Source: Arenicellales bacterium (GTDB taxonomy: Bacteria; Pseudomonadota; Gammaproteobacteria; Arenicellales; Poriferihabitantaceae). Taken from it: a DNA stretch of 64,000 nt. Positions 8,212-19,398 of this stretch are shown one piece after another. Positions within the stretch are counted from its first letter, which is position 1. The number at the start of each line of letters is the position of its first letter. Under the pieces are notes generated by a model. The model was not told where the DNA came from and searched no databases. It saw only the letters and a program-made list of their open reading frames with translations. Location: positions 169,187 through 233,186 of the forward strand of contig OZ220708.1 in assembly GCA_965116595.1 (NCBI GenBank), read 5' to 3'. The translations under genes and the position numbers were made by a program.

Positions 8212-9147
8212 GCCGCGGCGCAGTCCGGGCGGCAGGGAGAAAGACAGGTTCTCCTCCGGGCCTTCCATTTCAACCACAGTATTGTATCCGGTTGATAAAT
8301 ACTGGATGACTTTTTGCACCTGTGACTCAGGCGCGGATGCTCCCGCAGTCACACCGACAGTCTTTTTGCCCGCCAGCCATTCCCGTTGAATCTGTTCGGG
8401 CCCATCGATCAGGTAAGCCGGTACATTACGTGACTCGGCGATCTCCCGTAACCGGTTTGAATTCGCACTGTTCGGTGAGCCAACTACGAAGACCACATCA
8501 CTTTTCCTGGCCAGTTTTTTTACCGCATCCTGCCGATTTTGGGTGGCAAAGCAAATATCCTCTTTATGGGGCGCCTGAATTTTGGGGAACCTGGACCGCA
8601 AGGCAGCGATAATTTTCGCGGTGTCATCCACCGACAGGGTGGTTTGCGTCACATAGGCCAGTTTCTCCGGATCCGACACCTCCACAGTCTCAACATCATC
8701 AATCCTTTCAATAAGATGGATTCCCTGGTCCACCTGCCCCATGGTTCCTTCGACTTCGGGATGGCCCGCATGGCCTATCAACAGGATTTCGAGCCCCTTT
8801 CTGCGGTATTTCCTGACCTCGATATGAACCTTGGTGACCAGCGGACAGGTGGCGTCGAATACGGTCAACTTGCGTGCGGCGGCTTCGCGCCGAACCGACT
8901 GAGACACCCCATGCGCACTGAACACAACGGTGGAATTTTCAGGAACACTGTCAAGATCATCGACAAAAACGGCACCCTTCCCGGTCAGGTCATCGACCAC
9001 ATATTTATTGTGAACCACTTCATGCCGGACATATATCTTTTCATGGATTTCCAGCGCGCGTTCTACAATTTCAATAGCGCGTTCAACACCGGCGCAAAAC
9101 CCTCTTGGATTGGCCAGAGCGATTTGTGTTGGAAAGAGATTGTTCAT
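8203..9147 (-). CDS. ispH: 4-hydroxy-3-methylbut-2-enyl diphosphate reductase
   Basis: The 314-aa ORF has the typical LytB N-terminus [15 protein letters not shown] and the conserved HEVVHN, SAHGV and [10 protein letters not shown] motifs. Confidence 0.95.
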   Translation of the reverse strand: MNNLFPTQIALANPRGFCAGVERAIEIVERALEIHEKIYVRHEVVHNKYVVDDLTGKGAVFVDDLDSVPENSTVVFSAHGVSQSVRREAAARKLTVFDATCPLVTKVHIEVRKYRRKGLEILLIGHAGHPEVEGTMGQVDQGIHLIERIDDVETVEVSDPEKLAYVTQTTLSVDDTAKIIAALRSRFPKIQAPHKEDICFATQNRQDAVKKLARKSDVVFVVGSPNSANSNRLREIAESRNVPAYLIDGPEQIQREWLAGKKTVGVTAGASAPESQVQKVIQYLSTGYNTVVEMEGPEENLSFSLPPGLRRGQA

Positions 9148-9169
9148 CGGTTAAATCACTTGATCATTG

Positions 9170-9691
9170 TCACAGCCGTTTCCCGGCCAGGCAGAAATTG
9201 TCTATTATCAACAGAATTGCCCCAATGGTAATCGAGAAATCCGCAATGTTAAACGCAGGGAAATACATATTCTGATAATGCAGCGAAATAAAATCAATAA
9301 CAAATCGATACGAAAGGCGATCAATCAGATTGCCTGTTGCGCCGGCCAGAATCATTGCCAGTCCCCAGGCCAGCAGGCGATTGGCGGCATGGCATCGCCA
9401 CAACCAGACCAGGATGAAAGCCGAAACCATTGCGGCCAGCGTCGAAAAAAAATAATGTTGGAGCCCACCGGCATCACTTAAAAATCCAAATGCGGCGCCA
9501 CGATTGGTCACCAATGTCCATTGTAATACAGGTAGCACCTCAATTGGAGGTTGTCCCAACAAAGAGTTGTAAGCCGCTTTCTTGGTAACCTGATCAATAA
9601 TAATGATCAATACTGAAATACAGATATATCCCGGAAATTTGAGCCTGGGCTTTTGTACTTTCAATTCTTTTCCACCTGGTCTTGATTTCAA
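9170..9691 (-). CDS. lspA: Lipoprotein signal peptidase (signal peptidase II)
   Basis: 173-aa membrane ORF with LspA motifs (IIDQVTK, NRGAAFG, GATGNLIDR, FNIAD). It has a 4-nt overlap with the ribF stop. Confidence 0.9.
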   Translation of the reverse strand: MKSRPGGKELKVQKPRLKFPGYICISVLIIIIDQVTKKAAYNSLLGQPPIEVLPVLQWTLVTNRGAAFGFLSDAGGLQHYFFSTLAAMVSAFILVWLWRCHAANRLLAWGLAMILAGATGNLIDRLSYRFVIDFISLHYQNMYFPAFNIADFSITIGAILLIIDNFCLAGKRL

Positions 9692-10623
9692 CCGACTTCC
9701 AGCTTGCCGGCAAAGAACTGTTTTCCGGCTTCGCAGTCAGCCAGAATCTGTTTTTTCAATTGATCGAAGCAATCGAATTTTCGTTCATCGCGGATTTTGT
9801 CAATGAATTCCACACAAATCCGTCTGCCATATATGTTTCTGTCGAAATTGAACAAATGCACTTCCAGCAATGTTTTCAGGCCCCCTACCGTAGGGCGCGC
9901 GCCAAGATTGGCGACACCGTAATATTCGTCCTGATCGATACCCCTGACGCAGACTGCAAAAACACCGGTAAACGGTGGTTTTCTGACCGCAATGTTCAGA
10001 GTTGGAAATCCCAACTGTCTACCGCGTTTGTCTCCATGGATGACGCGGCCCACCATCGAATAATTTCTTCCAAGCATCTGGCGGGCTGCATTCATTTCAC
10101 CATTTGCCAACGCTATTCTGATCCTGGTGCTGCTTATTCTGGCGCTTGCATCCGAGATGGTTTGAAATTGCTCGGCAATGAACCCATGCTCCTGGCCGAA
10201 CCGCTTCAGTACCCCATGATTTCCCCCTCTGCCCTCGCCGAATCTGAAATCATCTCCTGTAAGAATATACCTGATATCCAGCTTTTCAATCAGAATATGC
10301 CTGATAAATTCCCCGGCGCTGGTATTGGCCAACCTGGAATCAAACGGTAATGCCAGCATCACATCGACATTGTACTCCCTGATGGAAAAGTATCGTGCAC
10401 CAAGCTCGAACAAGCGGGGAGCCGCACTTTGTCTTTGAAAATACTCGTCCGGGGTAGGCAGAAATGTCATCACTACCGTTGGCAATGACAGTTCTTCTCC
10501 CTTCTCGACCAACCGACGCAGAATCATCTGATGCCCCAGGTGAAGGCCGTCGTAATTCCCAATGGTCAGAACGCACCCGCCTTCAGGGATATTTTTTGAA
10601 TCTGTTGATCTGGCCAATTTCAT
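9688..10623 (-). CDS. ribF: Bifunctional riboflavin kinase/FMN adenylyltransferase
   Basis: The start was moved to ATG 10623 (MKLARST...CVLTIGNYDGLHLGHQ). The 386-aa track ORF upstream of this merely overlaps murJ. The ATG overlaps the murJ stop (TAATG). Confidence 0.9.
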   Translation of the reverse strand: MKLARSTDSKNIPEGGCVLTIGNYDGLHLGHQMILRRLVEKGEELSLPTVVMTFLPTPDEYFQRQSAAPRLFELGARYFSIREYNVDVMLALPFDSRLANTSAGEFIRHILIEKLDIRYILTGDDFRFGEGRGGNHGVLKRFGQEHGFIAEQFQTISDASARISSTRIRIALANGEMNAARQMLGRNYSMVGRVIHGDKRGRQLGFPTLNIAVRKPPFTGVFAVCVRGIDQDEYYGVANLGARPTVGGLKTLLEVHLFNFDRNIYGRRICVEFIDKIRDERKFDCFDQLKKQILADCEAGKQFFAGKLEVG

Positions 10624-12191
10624 TATTCGTTGATTTCCTTGATTTTCCAGAGTAATCCGGGATTGATGCCCAACAGCAGCAATGCGGCCATATATGTTAT
10701 ACCACCCAACCCTGTCAAAAAGCCAAGTCTCAGTACCTTTTCCCAGACAGACGACTCCAGCCACCAGGCCGGGGCGCCAATCAACCACCAAACCGATAAA
10801 CCCATGGCCGTCGCAGCAATGATAATCCGTACCACAAAACCGACCCAACCGCGCTCGACGATGAAAATCCGCTGTCGCAGCAAGACAACCAATAGCATCA
10901 GCACATTCGAAAACGCCGAAATCGAAGTAGCCAGTGCAAGCCCGACATGTTTATAAGGCAGTACCAGGATCAGACTGAATACAATATTGATCGCAACGGC
11001 AATCATCGCAATCCGAACCGGAGTTTTGGTATTCTGTCTTGCGAAAAATCCGGCCGACAACACCTTTACCATTACAATCGGGGTCAATCCCAGAGAAAAG
11101 GCAATCAGGCTCAACACGGTCATGTTTACGCCGTTTTCCGTGAAATCTCCATGATAAAAAATGGTACTGACCATCGGCTGCGCCAGGATAATCAGTCCGA
11201 CGGTGGACGGGATACTGATAAGCAGGGCCCACCTGGTTCCCCACTCCAGGGTTCTGGAAAAATCCCCGGGCGAGTTTTCAGTGTATTTTCGTGACAAATG
11301 AGGAAGAATCGCGGTACTCAATGCCAATCCGAATACCCCCAGGGGAAACTCCATCAACCGGTCAGAGTAATACAACCACGAGACACTGCCGGTCACCAGA
11401 AATGAGGCCAGAACCGTATTGATCAGAATGTTGATCTGAGCCACCGACACGCCCAGCAAAGCCGGCACGGTCAGCGCCAGTACGCGCCGGGCGCCCTCGA
11501 TTCCTGCCTCGTCGCCCTGCCGTTTGATGACCCGCGGCCTGATCGTCAGTTTTTCCCTGCGCAGGAATGGAATCTGAAAAGCAAGTTGCACAACGCCGGC
11601 AACCAGGACTCCTATTGAAAGTGCGATCGGGGAATCGTCGACCAGCGGCACCAGGTATAATGTAGCCAGGATCAAACAGATATTGAGCAGTATCGGCGTT
11701 GCCGCAGGGGCGGCAAAACGATTACAGGAATTGAGCATCCCTGCCGACATCGCAACGAACGATATGAAAAAAAGATAAGGGAAAGTAATTCTGGATGCCT
11801 GCACAGTGAGTGCGAATTTCTCCGGCTGCTGGGTGAATCCGGTTGCCAGTATCGTCACCAGGGCGGGGGCAAATACCACGCCCGCCAAACTGACGAGAAG
11901 CAGAATCAACCCGAACCGGCCGATCATCAACTGCAGGAATCGCTCGTTTTCGCTTCCGGTTTTATTCAGTCGATACTCGGTAAAAACGGGAACGAATGCA
12001 GCCGAAAACGCACCTTCTCCGAACAGCCGGCGGAAAAAGTTCGGTATCCTGAATGCGACGATAAAAATATCAGCGGCGGCCTTGTCCCCAAGCACACTGG
12101 CAAACAGGATGTCGCGTATCAGCCCCGAGATTCTTGACAATAATGTCATCGACCCCACCGCCGACATCGATTTGAATAAAATGGACGACAT
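10623..12191 (-). CDS. murJ: Lipid II flippase MurJ (MviN)
   Basis: 522-aa polytopic ORF with the N-terminus LSRISGLIRDILFASVLG...AADIFIVAFRIPNFFRRLFGEGAFSAAFVPV, characteristic of MurJ. Confidence 0.9.
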   Translation of the reverse strand: MSSILFKSMSAVGSMTLLSRISGLIRDILFASVLGDKAAADIFIVAFRIPNFFRRLFGEGAFSAAFVPVFTEYRLNKTGSENERFLQLMIGRFGLILLLVSLAGVVFAPALVTILATGFTQQPEKFALTVQASRITFPYLFFISFVAMSAGMLNSCNRFAAPAATPILLNICLILATLYLVPLVDDSPIALSIGVLVAGVVQLAFQIPFLRREKLTIRPRVIKRQGDEAGIEGARRVLALTVPALLGVSVAQINILINTVLASFLVTGSVSWLYYSDRLMEFPLGVFGLALSTAILPHLSRKYTENSPGDFSRTLEWGTRWALLISIPSTVGLIILAQPMVSTIFYHGDFTENGVNMTVLSLIAFSLGLTPIVMVKVLSAGFFARQNTKTPVRIAMIAVAINIVFSLILVLPYKHVGLALATSISAFSNVLMLLVVLLRQRIFIVERGWVGFVVRIIIAATAMGLSVWWLIGAPAWWLESSVWEKVLRLGFLTGLGGITYMAALLLLGINPGLLWKIKEINE

Positions 12192-12237
12192 GTCTTGATG
12201 AAATACTTATGGCTTCACAAAAAACATGCTTTCGGGC

Positions 12238-12266
12238 TTGACTTTCAGGCCAAAATTGACCATATT
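12238..12266 (+). promoter_or_regulatory. Possible sigma70 promoter for rpsT
   Basis: TTGACT, a 17-nt spacer and CATATT (4/6 match to the -10 consensus) lie about 70 nt upstream of rpsT. This is pattern matching only. Confidence 0.3.
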
Positions 12267-12332
12267 CCGCCTCCGGTACGAGTCCTGTTAATCACTCCTG
12301 TACTTTGATTCGCATTTTCGAGAGGATAATCC

Positions 12333-12605
12333 TTGGCTAATTCACCGCAGGCAAGAAAAAGAGCCCGGCAAAATTCCAAACGCCGGTTGAACAACATGAG
12401 CCAACGCTCTTCGCTCCGCTCATCCATAAAAAAATTACTGAAGCTTATTTCCCAAAAGGACAGGGAGGGCGCAAGTTCAGCATACCGCGAAACCGTCTCC
12501 AGGATTGATCGCGCCGCGGGAAAGAACCTGCACCACAGTAATCGTGCGGCCCGCCTGAAAAGCCGCCTGAACAATCGCCTGAAATCCCTGTCGACAAGTG
12601 CATGA
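12333..12605 (+). CDS. rpsT: 30S ribosomal protein S20
   Basis: The product reads (M)ANSPQARKRARQNSKRRLNN.... It uses a TTG start, as known for E. coli rpsT. Confidence 0.95.
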   Translation: MANSPQARKRARQNSKRRLNNMSQRSSLRSSIKKLLKLISQKDREGASSAYRETVSRIDRAAGKNLHHSNRAARLKSRLNNRLKSLSTSA

Positions 12606-12618
12606 ACGGCGATGATGT

Positions 12619-13743
12619 TCATACAGTGATCGCAATATTATCGCGATGAATCAATTCTGTCTCACCGTGATAACCTAGAACATTCTCTACCTGGTCACTT
12701 GGAATACCCTTGATCCTGCGTACTTCATCCGCATTGTAGTTAACCAGTCCGCGAGCGATTTCATTTCCCGCCTGATCGAGACAAATCACAATTTCACCCC
12801 GGGTAAAAGTCCCTTCCGCCGCGGTCACGCCAATTGGCAGTAAGCTGCGTCCCTGCTCCTTCAACACGTTCACGGCGCCATTATCGAGCACCAGTTTTCC
12901 ATTCCCCCTGAGTTGTCCGGCCAGCCATTGCTTTCTCGCCGCTATCCGTCCCTTGCCGGGAATCAACATGGTTCCCAACTCTACACCCTGTCTGAGTTTT
13001 AAAAGAACATCCGGTTCAAGCCCGGATGTAATAACCGTGGTTGACCCGGACCTGGATGCCTTTTGTGCTGCGGTTATTTTCGTGATCATTCCGCCACTGC
13101 CGAATTCGCCTGCAGAACCCGCCATTTCCAGCAATGCGGGATCATCCGCCCTGCCATATTGAACCAGATTCACCTGATCGGTTTTTCTTGGATCTCCATC
13201 ATATAATCCCGACTGGTCGGTCAACAGAATCAGACATTCCGCTTCCACCAGGTTGGCTGTCAGCGCCGAAAGCGTGTCATTGTCGCCGAATCTGATTTCC
13301 TCATTCACTACCGCGTCATTTTCATTGACCGTCGGCACTATACCCAGATTCAACAACTCCCTTAATGTATTGCGCGCATTCAGGTATCGCTGCCTGTTGG
13401 CAAGGTCAGCATGGGTAAGCAGGATTTGTGCGGTCAGTATGCCATGACTTCGAAATGCGGCTTCGAAGCTTTGCACCAGGATCATCTGGCCGACTGCGGC
13501 TGCAGTCTGCACCCGGTGAACCTCTCCTGGTCGCTGATCCCATCCCAATCGACGCATTCCCTCGCCGATAGATCCGGAAGATACCAGCACGATATCCACA
13601 CCCTGTTTTTTCAACTCCGTAATTTGCCTGACCCAGGAATCAATCGCGTCCTGATTTAATCCGGATTCCGAATCCGTGAGCAGTGAGGTGCCAATTTTAA
13701 CGACCCACCTTGCTGAGTCGGTCAACGCAGTTCTGGAGGCCAT
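12619..13743 (-). CDS. proB: Glutamate 5-kinase
   Basis: The start was set at ATG 13743 (MASRTALTDSARWVVKIGTSLLT), 1 nt after the obg stop. A C-terminal PUA domain is present. The longer track ORF would overlap obg by 65 nt. Confidence 0.9.
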   Translation of the reverse strand: MASRTALTDSARWVVKIGTSLLTDSESGLNQDAIDSWVRQITELKKQGVDIVLVSSGSIGEGMRRLGWDQRPGEVHRVQTAAAVGQMILVQSFEAAFRSHGILTAQILLTHADLANRQRYLNARNTLRELLNLGIVPTVNENDAVVNEEIRFGDNDTLSALTANLVEAECLILLTDQSGLYDGDPRKTDQVNLVQYGRADDPALLEMAGSAGEFGSGGMITKITAAQKASRSGSTTVITSGLEPDVLLKLRQGVELGTMLIPGKGRIAARKQWLAGQLRGNGKLVLDNGAVNVLKEQGRSLLPIGVTAAEGTFTRGEIVICLDQAGNEIARGLVNYNADEVRRIKGIPSDQVENVLGYHGETELIHRDNIAITV

Positions 13744-13744
13744 T

Positions 13745-14905
<1,161 letters not shown>

Positions 14906-14925
14906 TCATAATGTTCCTGCTTACT

Positions 14926-15177
14926 TCAGATAATGCTGATTGTTTTACGTTTGTTCGGCCCTTTTACTTCAAACAATACCTTGCCCGGAGCGGTGGCAAA
15001 CAACGTGTAATCCTTGCCAAGCCGGGCATTTTTACCGGGGTGAAACCGACTCCCTCTTTGTCTTACAATTATGTTGCCTGCAAGCACCTGTTCCCCACCA
15101 TACTTTTTGACGCCCAGCCTTTTGGAGACCGAGTCGCGGCCGTTTCTGGAACTGCCGCCTGCTTTTTTATGTGCCAT
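14926..15177 (-). CDS. rpmA: 50S ribosomal protein L27
   Basis: [22 protein letters not shown] is the canonical L27 N-terminus. Confidence 0.97.
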   Translation of the reverse strand: MAHKKAGGSSRNGRDSVSKRLGVKKYGGEQVLAGNIIVRQRGSRFHPGKNARLGKDYTLFATAPGKVLFEVKGPNKRKTISII

Positions 15178-15210
15178 GGTAACCCTCTTACAGATGTATA
15201 TGCTGATTGA

Positions 15211-15540
15211 TCAGCCGGTTTCTTTTACGACGCCACTCCCAATCCCGGTGATTTCCAGTTCCGTATAGGACTGGCGGTGGCCCTGGGTGCGGCGATAGTT
15301 TTTCCGCCGCTTCATTTTAAACACCTTGATCTTGTCCGCTCTGCCATGGGAAAGCACGGTCGCATTGACCTGGCTGTCAACCAACGGGGAACCCACCGTT
15401 ACCCTGTCTTCGTCCAGGATCATCAAAACCCGGTCCAGGCTCACTGTATCACCTTCAGCTGCCGGAATTTTCTCTACTTTAAGTTTATCCCCTACGGCAA
15501 CCTTGTATTGTTTACCGCCGGTTTCGATGACTGCGTGCAT
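15211..15540 (-). CDS. rplU: 50S ribosomal protein L21
   Basis: [16 protein letters not shown]...VEK is canonical L21. It lies upstream of rpmA as usual. Confidence 0.97.
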   Translation of the reverse strand: MHAVIETGGKQYKVAVGDKLKVEKIPAAEGDTVSLDRVLMILDEDRVTVGSPLVDSQVNATVLSHGRADKIKVFKMKRRKNYRRTQGHRQSYTELEITGIGSGVVKETG

Positions 15541-15738
15541 GGTTTGATGTCTGACTGGTTTGAGGTGGTCGTGTGTTTCTTGAGGCCAGTTTACACTGAC
15601 CTGGTCTCTGAGTCTTCAGGGACGCCGGATTTTATCCGCCCTTGGACATACAGTCAATTGGTTTATTGGTAACATTCGAACAATTCAGTGATCCATTGTC
15701 GGCTAAAATAGGCTGTTACGAAATCCCGATAAATTAAT

Positions 15739-16761
15739 ATGTCCCTTCTGAAGTTGCAATCATCTGGAAACAGTCCCGACCGGAATCCGAAATTGATCCT
15801 GGATTCGGCGATTTCACTGGTCAGGGAAGAAATGGAAAAGGTGGATAACATAATTCAGAACCGCCTGAAATCTGACATTACCCTGATCAGCACCATGGGC
15901 AAATACATCACCGAAAGTGGTGGAAAACGACTTCGGCCACTCATCCTTTTATTGAGTGCGCGTTGCTTCAACTATCAGGGCAGCCATCATGTCCTGCTGT
16001 CCGCCATCATTGAGATTATCCATACCGCAACCCTGCTGCATGATGATGTCGTTGATGCTTCCGCCACTCGCCGGGGGCAACCTACCGCCAATATCGCATG
16101 GGGCAATGAAGCCAGTGTACTGGTCGGTGATTTTTTATATTCCAGGTCATTCCAGATGATGGTGGAAACAAACAATATGGAAGTAATGCGGATTCTGGCC
16201 GAAACCACGAACGCCATGACGCAAGGCGAGGTAATGCAACTAATCAACGCCCATTCTCCTGATATCACCGAAAGCCAGTATTTTGAAACCATACGCCGTA
16301 AAACAGCAAAACTGTTTGAATCCGCCGCCTTGCTCGGCGTCAGCATCGCAAACCAGGATGACGAAACCTGCAAGGCGCTGGCGAACTATGGCATGTATCT
16401 GGGTACCGCGTTTCAAATGGCTGACGACATTCTTGATTATGATGCGCAAAGCAGAAAGATCGGGAAAGATGTGGGCGACGACCTCGCAGAAGGAAAGCCG
16501 ACCCTGCCACTGATCCATGCCCTGAAACTGGCTGATTCCAGACAAAAACAGTTGATTACGAAGGCGATTGAACAAGGTGACAGGACTAGAATGAGCGAAA
16601 TTCTGGCAATAGTCCGCTCCACCGGTGCGCTGGAATACACCTTCAAACTGGCCCGGAACCAGGCCCGGCTGGCGCAGTCATCCATCGCCGGGTTACCCGA
16701 CAATGAATACAGAGCCGCGCTTGAAAATCTCGCCGAATTCTCCATCATCCGACAACACTAG
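15739..16761 (+). CDS. ispB: Octaprenyl (polyprenyl) diphosphate synthase
   Basis: Trans-prenyltransferase with DDxxD motifs (LLHDDVVD and FQMADDILD). It is divergent from rplU, as in many Gammaproteobacteria. The precise start is uncertain. Confidence 0.85.
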   Translation: MSLLKLQSSGNSPDRNPKLILDSAISLVREEMEKVDNIIQNRLKSDITLISTMGKYITESGGKRLRPLILLLSARCFNYQGSHHVLLSAIIEIIHTATLLHDDVVDASATRRGQPTANIAWGNEASVLVGDFLYSRSFQMMVETNNMEVMRILAETTNAMTQGEVMQLINAHSPDITESQYFETIRRKTAKLFESAALLGVSIANQDDETCKALANYGMYLGTAFQMADDILDYDAQSRKIGKDVGDDLAEGKPTLPLIHALKLADSRQKQLITKAIEQGDRTRMSEILAIVRSTGALEYTFKLARNQARLAQSSIAGLPDNEYRAALENLAEFSIIRQH

Positions 16762-16777
16762 CAGGGGGCAATCCAAT

Positions 16778-16843
16778 CACTCCCCCCCTCGAGGGGGAGT
16801 CACAGAAGCCGAGCCGTCAAGCGACGGCTGATGTGGTGGGGGG
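16778..16843. repeat. Composite palindromic repeat, family A (cactcccccc-tcga-gggggagtg, variable hairpin, tggtgggggg)
   Basis: Full-length intergenic copy between ispB and thiDE. Related copies lie at 48661-48711, 50437-50502, 50935-50998, 52302-52354, 54238-54346, 54728-54780 and 54851-54873. Confidence 0.85.
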
Positions 16844-16867
16844 CCTGTGCCTGTCCGCCGAATCTTC

Positions 16868-18358
16868 TCAAGACCACAAATCCAGAAATTCCGTGGTTGC
16901 CTGTTCGCAGGATTTTGCCTGGGTGATCGCCGAAATCATCGCCACCGAACCCACGCCGGTGGATTTTAATGTGCGCGCCCTCTCAAGATCAATGCCGCCA
17001 ATGGCGACCAGCGGCCACTTCCCATCCAGGAATCTCACCCAGTAACGCACCATCCCGGGACCCTGCGGCGCGAATGGCATCACCTTGCTGGTAGTCTCAT
17101 AGATCGGGCCGATTGCAATGTAACTCGGGTTGAGATCAATCGCTGCGGCCATTTCCCAGTAACTGTGGGTGGACACACCCAGACGCAGGCCTGACCTGGC
17201 GATTCGGTTCAAATCAGCATGTTGTATATCTTCCTGACCCAGGTGGACGCCGTAGGCATTGTGCCTGACGGCCAATTGCCAATAATCATTGACAAACAAC
17301 CTGGCGCCAGCCTGGTTGGCGATTTCGACTGCGGCAATGATCTCTGCCTCGATTTGCCGCTCACCGGCATCCTTGATGCGCAACTGGATCGTTCGCACCC
17401 CTGATTCGACTAACCGGCGTACCCAATCTGCGCTATCCACCACCGGATAGAATCCCAGGCGATCCGTATCACATCTGGTAAACGTCAATGCAGTTTTCCG
17501 TGGAGTCCCGTATCGCAATACCGGCAGTTGCCGATAGTCGGTTGGCCAGGGCTGGCAGGCCTGAAACTGCATTTTGCCAAGTTGATAATGATGCTGGATG
17601 TTACGCCCGACCACGCTCCTCGACAAAACAACCGCATCTTTCAGATCATGGCCCAGCGCCACTGCACCGGCAATGGCCGTAGCCAGGGCACAGCCCGTGC
17701 CTCTGACTGAAGCGCCCTGATTTGTTCTCTGGCTTGCCAGCCAGAAACTTTCATTGCCATTGCTGAAATAGTCGTAACACTCATTTGCAGCGCCTTCAGG
17801 AGCAATACCGTCGAGATGTCCTCCCTTGATCAGCAGGTTTGACACTCCCGATTCAAGTATCCGTGATGAAGCTGCCGCCATATCATCGCAGCAACCAATC
17901 TCCATGCCGGCCAGTATCTGCGCTTCAGGAATATTGGGGGTCAACAGGGTAATCCTGTTTCCTGCCTGCTTGATGACTGTACGAACTGTTTCGGCAGCGG
18001 CCAGGGCCCCACCCGAGGAACTCACCATCACAGGGTCCCAAATCAACGGGCAATCGAACCGGTCTTTCAGCAAACAGACAGACTGCGCCTGACCACTATC
18101 GCAAATCAGGCCTGCCTTGATAACCCGGGGGCTGAATTCGGATTCAATACAATCCAGTTGCTGATCAAATCGGGCGCCGGTTACCGCGCTGCATAATGAA
18201 ACCCCCTGACTGTTTTGTGCGGTAATCGCGCTGACCGCGAAAAACCCGTGCAATCCCAGTTTCTGCAGTACCTGATTGTCAAGATGAATGCCGGCGCCGG
18301 ATGTCGGGTCTGTCCCGCCAACCACCAATACGGCTTGCACGTTTGTATGAGGAACCAA
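16868..18358 (-). CDS. thiDE: Fused hydroxymethylpyrimidine/phosphomethylpyrimidine kinase plus thiamine-phosphate synthase (ThiD-ThiE)
   Basis: The N-terminal half (VGGTDPTSGAGI..D) is ThiD-like. The C-terminal half (LGFYPVVDS..W..RL...GV..IQLR.KD) is ThiE-like. It forms one 496-aa ORF. Confidence 0.85.
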   Translation of the reverse strand: MVPHTNVQAVLVVGGTDPTSGAGIHLDNQVLQKLGLHGFFAVSAITAQNSQGVSLCSAVTGARFDQQLDCIESEFSPRVIKAGLICDSGQAQSVCLLKDRFDCPLIWDPVMVSSSGGALAAAETVRTVIKQAGNRITLLTPNIPEAQILAGMEIGCCDDMAAASSRILESGVSNLLIKGGHLDGIAPEGAANECYDYFSNGNESFWLASQRTNQGASVRGTGCALATAIAGAVALGHDLKDAVVLSRSVVGRNIQHHYQLGKMQFQACQPWPTDYRQLPVLRYGTPRKTALTFTRCDTDRLGFYPVVDSADWVRRLVESGVRTIQLRIKDAGERQIEAEIIAAVEIANQAGARLFVNDYWQLAVRHNAYGVHLGQEDIQHADLNRIARSGLRLGVSTHSYWEMAAAIDLNPSYIAIGPIYETTSKVMPFAPQGPGMVRYWVRFLDGKWPLVAIGGIDLERARTLKSTGVGSVAMISAITQAKSCEQATTEFLDLWS

Positions 18359-18359
18359 T

Positions 18360-19172
18360 CTAACCGGAAGTCTGATGCCAGAAAGGCATGCCCGCAGTGG
18401 GCGTGCTCGGCGAAGCAGCCTGTCGCTTTTGTATGGCGCCTGCCTGAAAGGCCAGCCGTCCGGCTATGATCGCGCCTCGAAAGGAATCCGCCATTTTGAC
18501 CGGATCAACCGCTTTCGCCACTGCTGTATTCAACAATACACCATCGTAACCCATTTCCATGGCCTGGCAGGCATCAGAGGGCCGCCCCAACCCGGCATCC
18601 ACAATCAGTTTTGTCCCGGGCAAACGGTCACGGATGGTTTTCAATGCATAAGGGTTGATCAGACCCCGACCAGTGCCGATCGGGGACCCCCAGGGCATCA
18701 CGACCTCACAACCCATTTCCGCCAGGGTTTTACATACGACAAGGTCATCCGTGCAATAGGGGAATACATTGAAGTCCAGGGCAATCAGCTTCTCCGCGGC
18801 TTCCACCAGTTTTACTGTATCGGGTTGAAGGTTGTAGTCATCTCCGATCACTTCCAGCTTGATCCAGTTGGTGGAAAACAGCTCTCGACTCATCTGCGCC
18901 AGGGCAACGGCTTCCTTTACACTGTGACAGCCCGCAGTATTCGGCAGGATATGAAGCCCTAAAGAACGCAACCAGTTCCAGAACTGATTCCCGCTCTGTT
19001 GTTCCGGAGATTGACGCCGCAAGGACACGGTTATCACCTGAGCGCCGGACATCTCTACCGCCTTTTGCAAAATCAGGGGGGATGGATATTGAGCGCTTCC
19101 AATCAGAAATCGACTTTGAAGCGGAACGTCATAGACATCCCATCCATCGGAGCGCTGATCCGGATTTATCAT
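18360..19172 (-). CDS. thiG: Thiazole synthase
   Basis: 270-aa ORF with ThiG motifs ([37 protein letters not shown]). Confidence 0.95.
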   Translation of the reverse strand: MINPDQRSDGWDVYDVPLQSRFLIGSAQYPSPLILQKAVEMSGAQVITVSLRRQSPEQQSGNQFWNWLRSLGLHILPNTAGCHSVKEAVALAQMSRELFSTNWIKLEVIGDDYNLQPDTVKLVEAAEKLIALDFNVFPYCTDDLVVCKTLAEMGCEVVMPWGSPIGTGRGLINPYALKTIRDRLPGTKLIVDAGLGRPSDACQAMEMGYDGVLLNTAVAKAVDPVKMADSFRGAIIAGRLAFQAGAIQKRQAASPSTPTAGMPFWHQTSG

Positions 19173-19185
19173 AACCGGCTACCCG

Positions 19186-19398
19186 CTAACCGCCGGAAAT
19201 GGGTTGCACGATATCGATCAGATCGTGGTCTTCGAGTAACCGGGTATCGTATTGTTCCCGGGGTACGAATTCACTGTTGACCGCCACCGCAAACGAGGCT
19301 GCCTCCACATCGTATCCGCAGGAACCCAGAAATGTCGCAATCGTGGCCGTTGGCACGACCTGCATTACCCGATTATTGAGACTAACCGTAATATTCAT
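19186..19398 (-). CDS. thiS: Sulfur-carrier protein ThiS
   Basis: The start was set at MNITVSLNN. The 70-aa product ends in the diagnostic GG. Confidence 0.85.
   Translation of the reverse strand: MNITVSLNNRVMQVVPTATIATFLGSCGYDVEAASFAVAVNSEFVPREQYDTRLLEDHDLIDIVQPISGG

Noticed and set aside
8539-9231. Long antisense ORFs opposite ispH. The same applies to 20813-21946 opposite thiC, 13904-14743 opposite obg and 44720-45250 opposite the carnitine-dehydrogenase-like gene.
   Set aside because: The opposite strand encodes highly conserved proteins. The antisense translations have no recognisable features.
9688-12191. ribF is followed directly by lspA and ispH, without the ileS and fkpB genes that sit between them in enterobacteria
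   Set aside because: The gene junctions are clean (4-nt overlap, no scars or repeats). This looks like lineage-specific gene order rather than a deletion or insertion event, so it is not reported as a finding.
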